Shown: piece after piece, positions 9,445 through 20,866 of the stretch
Layout: the number at the start of each line of letters is the position of its first letter
Numbering within the stretch: the first letter of the stretch is position 1
From: Alloascoidea hylecoeti
Lineage: Eukaryota
Assembly (NCBI GenBank): GCA_001600815.1
Contig: BCKZ01000007.1
Location: forward strand, 62,001-126,000
Direction of reading: 5' to 3'
DNA length: 64,000 nucleotides
Translations under genes and position numbers: made by a program
Notes under the pieces: model-generated
Told to the model about the DNA's origin: nothing
Database searches by the model: none
What the model saw: only the letters and a program-made list of their open reading frames with translations

Positions 9445-11805
9445 AAATAAAAAAAATCATATAAAAATAAATATAAATATAAAAATTTCTTACACAGAAA
9501 TCCTTCGACAAGCTATAAACAAATTGCAACATCAATTGGACCCATTAAATTTATACCAATTATTTGATTCCTTCTGAAAGCAGATTTAGTTGTATGGGGA
9601 TATAGTGTGTTTACTTTATGAGCATTGGCAACATGACAATCTATATATGTATCTTCTTGTCTATTATAAGAATTCACATCATCCAGATCTGATTTTTCAA
9701 AATGTAGTAATTGATTTTTAGATAATTTAATAAGCGTAGATTTTCCGACATGACCTAATCGTTGATGAATATTGAGGAATTTGTAAATAGCAGAACAGAT
9801 ATTTTTATTGAACTGTACAAATGTTGATTCAATTTATTTTTTCCTGTTGTTTCTATGATAAAGTGCATATGTAATAAGTTGTCTGTGGGATAATTTTGGA
9901 GTAATAAACGTATGTTGTTGTTTGGAGTAAAACGCAGTTTTTCCTCCAAAATTAATCTTAATTGTTTTTGAACATCGTAACAATTTCTCTTCTGAAATTA
10001 TTAAAGGAGTTGTCATATTTTCTATCAGCAGAACATTTTTTAGAATAACTTCTAGGATTTTGTTTTTGAAATAAGTTGTTGGAAATAGGAGTCGTATATT
10101 ACCAACTTCAGTTGCTGTAAATGGCTTATTGTTCCCAGTAAAATCTGTTACGCTTTGAGGTTGTTATAGAAATTGTATATCATGGAGAAAATTTCCTTGA
10201 GACGTCACAGAAATTGGAGCACCAGAGTCTATTATAGTACCTTCAAAGAAATATGACGTTTCTGATTATATATGAATGGAATCCTTGAGTCAATTGATGT
10301 TGCAATTTGTTTATAGCTTGTCGAAGGATTTCTGTGTATACATGTAAGAAATTTTTATATTTATTTTTATATGATTTTTTATTTTTTATATAATGGTTTA
10401 GGTAATTCAATATTTTTTCATTTTTTATATTTTAAGTAGTTCATTTTTTTATATTTTTATCATTGTTTAACAGGTTCAAGCTTTTAATTTTGTAAGTTGT
10501 TTGAGAAATTAATGGGAGTAGAGATGCCTCCCATTATTTCGTTTCCTGTTTCGATGGAAAGCAGAGATAGTCTTGTTGATTGCTTTCCAATTTCACTTTC
10601 ATCTGATTCCTCATATAAGTTATTATTATTATTTTTTTCATCTTCAGTACCACTATTAACTTCATCATCAGTACCCATATCATCAATCCAATCATTAGCA
10701 TCCTCTTTATTTATTGCATGAATATTTTTGTTAAAAGGATGTTTATTGTGCGAGTGGTTAGAATAGTATGGTTTTTTCTTAAATTTTTCTTTTTTGTTGA
10801 AAGCTGATAATTCTATGGGATTATCCATGTTTTTCATCTTGGTTTGAAAAAGGATAATATCCTCCAGTTCTTAAAAAGTTTATTGTATGATTCATCCAAA
10901 TTGGTGTTGGAAACATATTTGGTGTAACCTTTTAACAGTGGAACCGAATTTGCAATCTAATCCACAACATAGCTTTCTTTATCTCGAAATGTTAATTTCT
11001 CACCTCCAATAACATACTGTAGGTTAGCAAAAAGATCATTAGCTGTATCTTTGAATTGAAGTAATTGGTCTGCTGTCATGTCCATATGTAGACGTAGCTA
11101 TTTCAGTGATTGTCTAGTATTGATCAATTTAGGCATCACTGCGCTATAGGTATTTTGTACAATTGCAAATATGTCACAAAAACTTCTAGCTTTCATTTCC
11201 TACTCGTTGAATATTTGAAGTTGTTGAAACACTGATTTTGCTCAACAATTGTGAAGCTAAACGATTTTCCAAATTATTCTTAGGAGTGTTCATCAGGATA
11301 TTTATGTTGAAATTTCCGGCTTGAATGAGATTTCTGATATCTGATATCCAGTTAATAAAAACGTCAGCACCTTTTGATGTATCTAGCCTTTGTAATAAGA
11401 AGAGCAGTAAATTAATACTGTTGGGGGTGCGAAACCAATCTTTTTCATTTGGGATAAATGAGGAAATGATTTGTTTTTATTCACTTGTTAGTTGAACGTT
11501 TTGGGTTGGAAAGTTGTCCTCAACATATCTTGCTGAATTGAACGTCCGCTACCATAAGATGATTTGGGTTTAATCAGGTTTAAACCGTCCTTATCAATTA
11601 CAAGATCTTTCTCAGCTTTTCTCGATGTTGTAAACATATCCATAAGCATATCAAACTTATCGGATAGGTCATTGAACTTATCTTCAATTCTTTTAACATC
11701 TGATTTGATGTCACTTTTGAACTCTTCAAACTCCGATCTCAAATCCTCGAATTAAGGAAGTAAGCTATTAGCAGTTGCTCTACTTGTGTTACTATTATCA
11801 ACCAT
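9445..11805 (-). mobile_element. Degenerate, 3'-truncated Ty1/copia LTR-retrotransposon relic (gag-like, protease, integrase N-terminus)
   Basis: A long broken ORF runs from ATG 11805 to 10484 (gag-like by position only). It is followed by protease IIDSGAPISVT (DSG at 10229-10221)...VGNIRL...LKNVLL...LIISEEKL, then pre-integrase IHQRLGH (9767-9750)...YIDC, then IGINLMGPI (start of the integrase core). Protease directly followed by integrase is the copia order. No RT and no clear LTR were found. Confidence 0.85.
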
Positions 11806-12039
11806 TTTATCGTATTTACGTTTTCAGATAATTTGATTCGTTATATAAGATATAATAAATTTTGATAAATATCGATTAATGTCATAAGTAATTGTCTTTC
11901 TAGTAATACCTAAACTATTTATTTATATATGAGCGAATGGTGATTAGTTATTCATTACAACAGCTTAAGTAGATAATCTCTATTTATCACACATTTGAAA
12001 TACTATATAGAAGGTTATTTTTTTGGGACGAATTAAAAG

Positions 12040-12500
12040 AGCTAGATTCGATATCAAAATTATGTCCAAATTTGACAAAGATTTCGTTTTTAGGTACTAA
12101 TTTTAAAGCTATACTGTGGGAGGACTACAGAATGTACGTAACACCTTTCTCCAATATTATTGCGAATCAATCTTGAAGTCTTACATTTAATGGGATTTAA
12201 ATCGAATTATGATTTTTTAAAAACATTACAATTGTTACCTAAATTTATTACACTTTCATTAAAAAGTTGCGGAGTTAAGGATCAAACGGGATACGCCAAA
12301 GCTGAATTTGGTATACAAAAGAAGATTTCAACTGTTTCATTAAGCTGTGGCCCACTTGGTCAGCAGTATGATATAAAGATGCATTTATTTAAAGAAGTTT
12401 TTGAAAATATAACAGAGCCTGACATATAACCTATACGTGAAATTATGAATTATCTAAAAACTACTGGCACTCATTTAGAAGATAATATTGAAATGGACCG
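12040..12500 (+). pseudogene. F-box/LRR pseudogene copy B, 3' (LRR) part resuming after the retrotransposon relic
   Basis: Reads SKLCPNLTKISFLG and FLKTLQLLPKFITLSLKSCGV. It has nucleotide similarity to the reverse complement of 8340-8620, e.g. tgtccaaat...taggtacta..ttta, acaattg.tacctaaattta and aaagaagatt. Confidence 0.65.
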
Positions 12501-12769
12501 TCATGTATAATTCATGTATTAATTTTGCTTCATATATTAATATAAATCCTCATTGCGGATTTTGAGTCAGGTTCAGTTATAATGTCTGTTTGTAGTTAAA
12601 GTAATATGATATTAGCTTTGAGCGGTTATTTTTTGTGTGTGAAATTTGTGTGAACTTTAACTTTGCACATCTTTAAATTCCTATATTTTTTCTAAATATT
12701 CCAACACCATATATCGCTACCATATATCATAACAAATCAATATTTAATTTTGCTTCTACTATTTAAACA

Positions 12770-14362
12770 ATGCTAAAAAACTCGGATGAAAATGAAGTTA
12801 AAGACACACAGGCCGAAAGTGAAGATGACGCTACGTTGAAAGGTGATACTTCAGATTGGGAATCCATAACTTCAACCACAAGTTCAGCCACAATATCAAG
12901 AAAAAGCTCAGTCAATCGTGAGCCAACAGGGGAAATTTATAAAGTAAAATTTAAACCTTTATCAAGTTCAGATTTAGAGACATTGAAAAAGGAAGAAGTT
13001 TTTAAAATAATCACAAAATCATTGGGCGTTAATCCTGCAACTGCTTTAAAATTATTATATTCTTGTTCATGGAAAAGTGATAATTTAATTGATTTATATA
13101 ATGAATATTGGATCAAAACATTCGAAAATGCAGGGATTCCATTCAAAAAAGATGGAGCTATAATGGATCATGGTATTAAAATCATAAATGAACCAATTGA
13201 AGCAAAATTTTTATGTTTCATATGTTTATATGATAATGGATTTGAATCTGTTTCTTTACCATGCAATCATAAAGTTTGTAAATTTTGTTATCAAAATTAT
13301 ATTAAAGAACAAATTGAAAATATGAATTCAAGTGAAACAATACTTCCTATAAAATGTCCAAAATCAAATTGCAATCTTGTAATATCAATGAATGATATCA
13401 AACAATTAATTCCATCTTATTATTTTGAAAAATATTTTGATTATTCATTTAAATTATTTATTAAAAGTTTAAAAAATATTCGTTTATGTCCATTTAATGA
13501 TTGTACAAATGCTATTGAATACAAAATAACTAATGAATCAGGAGGAATTTTAAAAAATCAAATTCCCTCTGTTAAATGTTTAAATGATCATGAATTTTGT
13601 TTTTCTTGTGGATTAAAAGAACATCATGATCCAATTCCATGTGAACAAATAAAACAATGGATTCGAGCTTGTGATAATTCTGGAATTGATGAAGGATATA
13701 TCAATGAATTTATATTTGAGAATAAAAAATTAATGGATATGAAAGAATGTCCTAGATGTCACTTATCAATAGAGAAAATTGATAGGAGTGATCATATGGT
13801 CTGTGATTCATGTGATCATCAATTCTGTTGGTATTGTTTAGCACCTTCACCTTGCAATCATCATATATGTAATAAACCTGATCCTATTGATAACATTGAC
13901 TATGAAGAGTTCATATTCTGTTATAAATGCTTTAAAAAACATGAACTATCTTATGATAGGCTTATAAGATTATTAGACTGTATAATAACTAAAAGAGGAG
14001 TTTTCAAGATTAATATTATAGATATATTTCCAAAATTAAAAGATATTTTAAAAAAATCTAGACAAACTTTAAAATGGAGTTATACTTTTAGATTTTATTT
14101 ATCAAGATCTAAAAATATTTCAAAAAATAAAGATTTTTTTTTAATTAAATTTAAATTTCAAAAACTTCAATTTAAATTAGAAAAATCTATTAATAATTTA
14201 GAAAATATATTTTTAAAACCTGGTTTAAAATTAAAAATTTCAAAGATTAAGATTAATAAATCTTTAAAAAATGTTGAGAATAGAAGAGAAGAATTGATAA
14301 TATTTATTCAACAAAAAATTGAAAGATTTACATCTGCTTCTTTCCAGAAAAAAAGAAATTAA
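12770..14362 (+). CDS. Ariadne/Hel1-like RBR (RING1-IBR-RING2) E3 ligase family protein, divergent, lacking the catalytic Cys
   Basis: UBA-like ALKLLYSCSWKSDNLIDLY, RING1 CFIC..LPCNHKVCKFC..CPKSNC, IBR CPFNDC..CLNDHEFCFSC..HDPIPC, RING2 CPRCHLSIEKIDRSDHMVC..FCWYCL, and Ariadne-domain SRQTLKWSYTFRFYL. Confidence 0.9.
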   Translation: MLKNSDENEVKDTQAESEDDATLKGDTSDWESITSTTSSATISRKSSVNREPTGEIYKVKFKPLSSSDLETLKKEEVFKIITKSLGVNPATALKLLYSCSWKSDNLIDLYNEYWIKTFENAGIPFKKDGAIMDHGIKIINEPIEAKFLCFICLYDNGFESVSLPCNHKVCKFCYQNYIKEQIENMNSSETILPIKCPKSNCNLVISMNDIKQLIPSYYFEKYFDYSFKLFIKSLKNIRLCPFNDCTNAIEYKITNESGGILKNQIPSVKCLNDHEFCFSCGLKEHHDPIPCEQIKQWIRACDNSGIDEGYINEFIFENKKLMDMKECPRCHLSIEKIDRSDHMVCDSCDHQFCWYCLAPSPCNHHICNKPDPIDNIDYEEFIFCYKCFKKHELSYDRLIRLLDCIITKRGVFKINIIDIFPKLKDILKKSRQTLKWSYTFRFYLSRSKNISKNKDFFLIKFKFQKLQFKLEKSINNLENIFLKPGLKLKISKIKINKSLKNVENRREELIIFIQQKIERFTSASFQKKRN

Positions 14363-14976
14363 TGATCCACAAATGGAGATTCTTAAAGAATCCAAAAAAA
14401 AAAATTTAAAAATATATGTTCAATTTTATTATTCAATTAGTTGGATATATTGTAATGAGTACATGGTTTTTAAGAGTTAATTAATTATAAGCCAAAGTTC
14501 TTTACATCAGACTAGCTAATCAAATTTAATATTAATATTAGAAATCTCTAGCTACAGTTTTATAACAATATTTCATTCATATATATATGTATATCTCAAT
14601 AAATTTTTTATTGCAATATTAATATTAATGTATCCTGTAATTTTTAACTATAATAAGCACATAAGGCGACATGAAGGTGGGGTTATAAAAGAAAACACAA
14701 TAACTTCACTAAATGTAGTCGAAATAACTCAACCAAAAATGAAGAACTGTCTCAAACTTGTCTACTGCCACAGCTTGTCTATTTCTCGGTTCAAACAATT
14801 GTGAGGATCAAATACTTCATAATCTGATTTCTTATTAAAAGTGTACTTCTTATAAGAACTTCCAATCCGTAAGTTTTGAAGATTTATCCCGGGTTTTCCC
14901 CACACATCAAGGGGGGGTTGTACTATTGTAGTACTTCTTTAATACACCACGGGAGATTCACACACAACAATCAACA

Positions 14977-15789
14977 ATGGAAAAATCAAAAAGAAACCTC
15001 AGACCTCTTCTATCAAGAGACAAGGAAAATAAAATCCTAAAAGCCATGGCCAGAAGTCGTCTTGAACCCAAAACATCAATTAGAAAAATTGCAAGAGATG
15101 CTAGATTACCCCATTCAACTCTTGTCTATAGAATTAATGGTGGTTCATCCCAAACAGAAGCTAATTCGGCATATCAAACGTTATCAAAAGATGATGAGAA
15201 TAGATTAACTAATGTATTAACTTATTTTGATAAAATGGGTATAGATGTTAATAAAGATAAATTTTATTCTTTAGTTGATGAATTGGTTGACTTACGATAT
15301 TCAGGAAATGATAAGAATTCAATACTAACAATCAAAAAACCAACAAAGAATGTTAGAAATGGTCATTATGTGAGTCAAAGTTGGATAAATGGTTTTTTAA
15401 AGAGAAATCCAAGCATAACCCTAAAGAAGAATAAAGTTTGGCCATTTAATTCGAATATAGTGGTGAAGTCTATTTCTATGGATACAGCACCACCAAAAGA
15501 AGATAATTTACTTAAACTTGATGAAGAATATGAAAAAGGCTTTTCAAATGAGGACGAAGCTATAGAATTTTATAGGAAATTAGATATTGTAGAGGCTGAA
15601 AAGGATAAAAATAAAAAATATGCAGAAACTTATGCTAGGTGGAGAATTATACAGCAGCAAAAGACAATCAATTCAATTCGTAGACTTAAACACCCAGAGC
15701 TCTGTCAAAATAAAATCAAACAATTGAAAAAAGGTAGGAAAGGTAATGACAAGTTGATGAGTCAAAACCAAGAAGCAAGTGATATTTAG
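14977..15789 (+). CDS. pogo/Fot1 transposase-derived CENP-B/psq-type double-HTH protein without a DDE domain
   Basis: SIRKIARDARLPHSTLVYRING..QTLSKDDENRL..DKMG..VSQSWINGFLKRNP is the N-terminal DNA-binding signature of Tc5/pogo transposases. No DDE core follows in this intact 270-aa ORF. Confidence 0.8.
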   Translation: MEKSKRNLRPLLSRDKENKILKAMARSRLEPKTSIRKIARDARLPHSTLVYRINGGSSQTEANSAYQTLSKDDENRLTNVLTYFDKMGIDVNKDKFYSLVDELVDLRYSGNDKNSILTIKKPTKNVRNGHYVSQSWINGFLKRNPSITLKKNKVWPFNSNIVVKSISMDTAPPKEDNLLKLDEEYEKGFSNEDEAIEFYRKLDIVEAEKDKNKKYAETYARWRIIQQQKTINSIRRLKHPELCQNKIKQLKKGRKGNDKLMSQNQEASDI

Positions 15790-16368
15790 GTAAGAGGCAA
15801 AATAATTGAAAAAAAAACAGGCAGCATAAATATTGAATTACGAACATAAGAACCTAGGAAAAGTTGCCAGGAGCATCTATTAGGAAAAATGGCTAATATA
15901 TACGGAGTATCTAGTGAATTAATATTGTTTTATGTTGTTGTTTTAAGCGCCTTTCCTTTCGAGCGTAAACTTATCATTCATTTAAAATTTGACTATCTCT
16001 GAATCAAAAATAGTCATATTTAAACATCTCAATGGATCTCAGATGATAATGTTGAAAAAATTTATTTTCAGGAAATAAAGGAAGAATAATACCTTGAAGG
16101 GATTGGCATTAATATATATATATTGATAATTAATTGTTTACATTTTTATAATATCCTAAATAACTAATTATAATTCAATGTCACTATGAACTTTATATAA
16201 ATAAATAATTCAGATATAGATCTAGATCAGAAAATTTTATGCAAATACATATAATGAACTTTGAATGAAAGAATGTACCAACTTAGTACCAAGACAATAA
16301 AAGCAAACACCTCCCCAATTAAACTGTTATACATAATTGAAACTAAATCAAATAATATTTTTTAAAGC

Positions 16369-18186
16369 TCAACTTTTCACGCTTACTGATTTTTCATTTT
16401 CATTTCCATTATCAACATCAACATCAACATCAACATTTTTATTTGTATTTATATTTTTAATTTCAATTAAATTAATTTGTATTGGATTTCTCTTTTTAAT
16501 ACCTCTCCTTCTTCTCATTTTTGTTGCAGCTCTTTTCATACCAGGACAAATACCTTTTTCTAAATGTTCTAAAATCCAAACTTCATTTGATTCAAAATGT
16601 TTTAAACAACTTGCACATTTACCACCAACAAGTTTTCTATCAATGCTTTTTGTACCAGGAGGATAAACAAAATGTAATGCTTTTAAATGAGTTTTATAAG
16701 TATCTCTTCTACAAAATTCACCAGTTTGATGACATGGCATTGAATCATTAATATCATAATATGGACAGTGGAAAGCTTTAATTTTATCATGTTTTTTCAT
16801 ATGTCTTGTTAAATATCCTTTAACACGGAATGTTGCAGTACATCCAGGGCATTTAAACATTTTACCACTTAGTGATTCATCATCCATATCTAAGGAATGT
16901 GAACCATCATCATATGATAAATCATGTGAATATGATCTAGACCGATCAATTGATGGTGATGACGATGATGATGATCCTTTATCAAGTACTGAATCTGAAG
17001 ATTGTATACGTTGTACTCTTGGATAATTATTAGGTGATTCATAACTAATACAATTAATATCTGGATATGATGGTTGTGACCTTAAAGTTGGTTGTACTTG
17101 TATTTGGGTTTGAGATCTTGGTCTTTGACCTTCTGAATGTATAGTTGAATTATTATTAGTACAATTTGTTGGTAATAATGTTTCTTCATAATTAATAGGG
17201 AAAACATTCGATGTACTACTTAATATATTCTCAATTTCTTCAAAAGTTCCAAAAACACTAGATTTAACATCATCATCACTATATTGTTCTGAAAATAATA
17301 GATCCGAATCTTTTCGTGAATAAGATTTCGTGTCTTCTGACTCAAGCGTATATTTCAATTCATTTAAATTAGAATTAACAGGAATTCCCCCAACTTCTGA
17401 GGAATGTAAAGATGGTGGCTGTGTAACACTCATTAAATCTATATTTCGATTATAACTTGAATCATCATTTATTCCTAGTTGAAGATTAGATGGGAACATT
17501 CCTTCAAACTCACCACCAAATCTTTGATGTCCCATATTATTATCCATTAATATTTTATCATGAATATTTCCTGGTTTCGTCATAGGAGTATAAGGACCCT
17601 CAATTCCAAACGTATAAACCTGAGATAAACTATTAGAATTCATATTCATTGATACATTCATCGACATTGGTAAATTCCAGTTAATACCATTCATTCCACT
17701 AACGACATAATCATCCTTTTCATTTCCTCTCATTAAATATCGCATATCATCCATATCTTGTGTTCCCCATGCAAGTTCATTCATTGATATTCCATCATTA
17801 AATAGATCAAATTCAGGACCAGTTGCACATGGAACAGAAGATCCCAGCATCAATTTCCCCTCATAAACAACAGATTTTGGAAATAATGTCCGTTTAGGAG
17901 AAGTTTTAATACTATCTTTATCATTCGTTATTTCTTTCAGATTCTTTTCACAAATATTATGTTTCTTTGGTAAATATGAGTTAAGTCTTCGACCTAATGT
18001 TGATGAGATAAAATCTAACCCTTTCCAGCATAAAAGATACCATAAATATGTTACCCAGGAATTTACTATATCCAAAAGAAGACTTTTACTATTATTTTCA
18101 ACATCTTGCTCTATACTACCATTCAACTCCGATCTGTCGATTTTAAATAATGCCTTTTCTCCGGTATCTTTTAAAGAAGCTGTCAT
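16369..18186 (-). CDS. STP2: Stp1/Stp2-family C2H2 zinc-finger transcription factor (SPS amino-acid sensing); start uncertain (18270 or 18186)
   Basis: FKCPGCTATFRVKGYLTRHMKKH..FHCPYY..CHQTGEFCRRDTYKTHLKALHFVYPPG..C..C.KHFESNEVWILEHLEKGIC matches the three Stp1/2 fingers. An N-terminal LFP motif is also present. Confidence 0.85.
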   Translation of the reverse strand: MTASLKDTGEKALFKIDRSELNGSIEQDVENNSKSLLLDIVNSWVTYLWYLLCWKGLDFISSTLGRRLNSYLPKKHNICEKNLKEITNDKDSIKTSPKRTLFPKSVVYEGKLMLGSSVPCATGPEFDLFNDGISMNELAWGTQDMDDMRYLMRGNEKDDYVVSGMNGINWNLPMSMNVSMNMNSNSLSQVYTFGIEGPYTPMTKPGNIHDKILMDNNMGHQRFGGEFEGMFPSNLQLGINDDSSYNRNIDLMSVTQPPSLHSSEVGGIPVNSNLNELKYTLESEDTKSYSRKDSDLLFSEQYSDDDVKSSVFGTFEEIENILSSTSNVFPINYEETLLPTNCTNNNSTIHSEGQRPRSQTQIQVQPTLRSQPSYPDINCISYESPNNYPRVQRIQSSDSVLDKGSSSSSSPSIDRSRSYSHDLSYDDGSHSLDMDDESLSGKMFKCPGCTATFRVKGYLTRHMKKHDKIKAFHCPYYDINDSMPCHQTGEFCRRDTYKTHLKALHFVYPPGTKSIDRKLVGGKCASCLKHFESNEVWILEHLEKGICPGMKRAATKMRRRRGIKKRNPIQINLIEIKNINTNKNVDVDVDVDNGNENEKSVSVKS

Positions 18187-20866
18187 TTTGTTTGGTCCGT
18201 TGGAGGTTGAGAATGAAAGATAATTATAAAAAAGAAGTTCAAAAATGGTGGTAGAAAAAAAGTCATGCATGCAAAAAAGTAGATAATTAAGGATATATGC
18301 AAGATATGGTGCAATCTATAGCCTTTTCTATTTAATTGATCTGTACGGTAGTTTCAATTGCAGTCAAGACTGCAGCAAACTGTACGGATTTGCGCTTAAT
18401 AGTGTGCTCAGACGCAGAGTCATGCTCGTCAGTTGCACTTTTTGGGTTTAATCTTTTGTGATTCTTACCTTACATGTTTTTCCGAAGACAATACTCCTTT
18501 GTGATTGGTCGCTTCTACCAAACACAACATCTGTCTATAATAGAATTTAATGTTTACGCCAACTAATTCTATAGATTTCTAATTGAGATCACCGAGCCAA
18601 CACAATTATATCAATGCTGATTGATCTTGTTTGGAAGAAAGATAATCATTCAATATTAATTATCGCCACTTGTAAAATTTACACCGATAAAAGGGCTGTG
18701 ATAATGGGTGAGATCAGATAAAGAAATCTATACATCATTCCAAAACTCCTTGTTTACCGGCGCTCCACATAATAAAATATATCAGTCGTATATGTAATCA
18801 ACATTGAATTTTTAGGTTGTGGCAGGTTCAGGGTTCCCATTGTGACAGCTTCTTTGTAATCACACGACATTGGTCAATATGATGTTGCAATTGATAAAAG
18901 TATAAGATTCAACAATGTTTGCAATAATTTTACCAGAATTGTACCAATTGCTGATATTACGTAGAGTCCTGTGTAGATTCCTTGACCATCCTGGATTTAC
19001 TTTGCCAGGTGAAAATACACCTCCAAGACATGCGACGCATAAAACTTTATTTTTTAATCAACCACCACTCTTAATTCAAAATAGGGAAAAGGGATAATCG
19101 ATGTTTGAGATTAGATAACGCTATTTCCACCAAGATGAATCCTGACGTTCCTGTAATGAAATTGTGAACGACTTCTCCGGATCTTCTCTTAGTATATGTT
19201 ATAAAATCATTCCATTCGTGGAGCTTCATAAATGGATGCAAAAAGTTTCGGTTTTATAGAAAAGAAGAGATATTGAGATATTGAAATACATACAGAAATG
19301 GCCATACGCGGCTGCTCTGTTGATAAATCACAAATATTTATGATTTGCTCATAAGTATAGATGCGAGTTAATTCAACTTTACGCAGTTGTAAATAAATGT
19401 TATTAACAACAAATAAGAGTAATGGGATACGGCCTTTTTAGATAGACGTGATAAAAATTTTTTGTAAGCCACCGCAGGTTCCCGATATGTATAGATTATT
19501 TGCGAAAGACAAAGATAACAAGCAATTGCGGTTCCAATATTGGTGATGCCACAAATATAAACATTAGCCATACAATCTTTACAATGCATATGAGATTGAT
19601 TGTGTGGGGGTGTTGGAAATTCTAGGAGGCTCATTCCATTGAAAAGATATTTGCATGAAGCAACTCATGAGATTTATTTAAGAGAATCGAAATTGCATTG
19701 ATGCAAAAAGGATGATTTTGTTGGTATGTATACCGTCAGCATGTAGCACTCGAAGTGCTCTTTTTAAAACACGAATTGCAAAGCTAACAACAAATATAAT
19801 TTATAATAAGTATGATTAAAATCCACTTAATCATCTAATTCTGATAAAATCCTTTGTATTCTAAATTTTTTGTAATCTTTTATTGTGGTGTAAATGTTTT
19901 CCAACTAACATTTAACGTATTGAGTGAGCTCTCTCTCCAAACTTTCCACACACATCTGACTTTGTAATCTCCAATTCATGTTCAATTAAAACCTTTCCTC
20001 TTTTGGAAGTATTGATTCACTTTATATCTAAGATTAAAAGATCTTCAACTTCTGTAATGGAAGAAAAAGCTAAAATAGTATCCTGTAACCCGTTGAAAAT
20101 ATTTGTCTAAACGTGTTTTTCAGCATCCAACATATCACAAGTTTTCAATTTTTTCAACCACGCTTCAAATACTTCTGTTACAAATTGAGCGGATTTAATT
20201 TTTGTTGGTAAGTCTTCATATATAATAATTTTGTCTTCTTTTTTTCTTGATTTGTTACCTCATTTTTCTATCAGATATTCTTCATGTTTCAAATACTTAG
20301 GATCTAAACATGTTATAGGAGAGGAGCTTTACTCACTTGTCGGATCACAACCTGATCAGCTATTAACCTGCAACTATGATAAAACCTCAGGCAAGGAGCT
20401 TAACTTGTGTACAGGCATTTGTTTGAACCTGAAGAAGGAATTAACTGAATATTCACTTGATGATTTATAGGTTTATATTTTTTAATTTATTTTTCGAATT
20501 TTAAAAATGTTTTGAAAAATGAGTCTTGATTTTTAAATTTCCGTTCACAAAGGAACACATTGACAATAGTTGATGAAAAAATATCGGTAAGTAATTAAAT
20601 CAAATATGCTGTGAAAGAGTTTTATAAAAATATTTTTGTTGTTTTAATGGTACTATTGAGTCATAGAAATAAACTGTATCCGAATTCTTCAATGACTCAA
20701 GAATACTATTAAAACAACAAGAACAATTTTATAAGAACTATATAACGTTACTGCTAATGACTTTTGTTACCGAAGTATTTAAAAAAAGTAAACCTTAGCA
20801 TTTCTTGGTGTTAATAAGAAGAATTATATTGGTTAATACTGGTAGAAGAAGATTTACTATCATACT

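Noticed and set aside
16337..16751. Short antisense or alternate-frame ORFs inside long genes (also within OSH3, RIM8, the 47-52 kb gene and FOX2)
   Set aside because: Shadow ORFs produced by codon bias and low complexity; no independent motifs.
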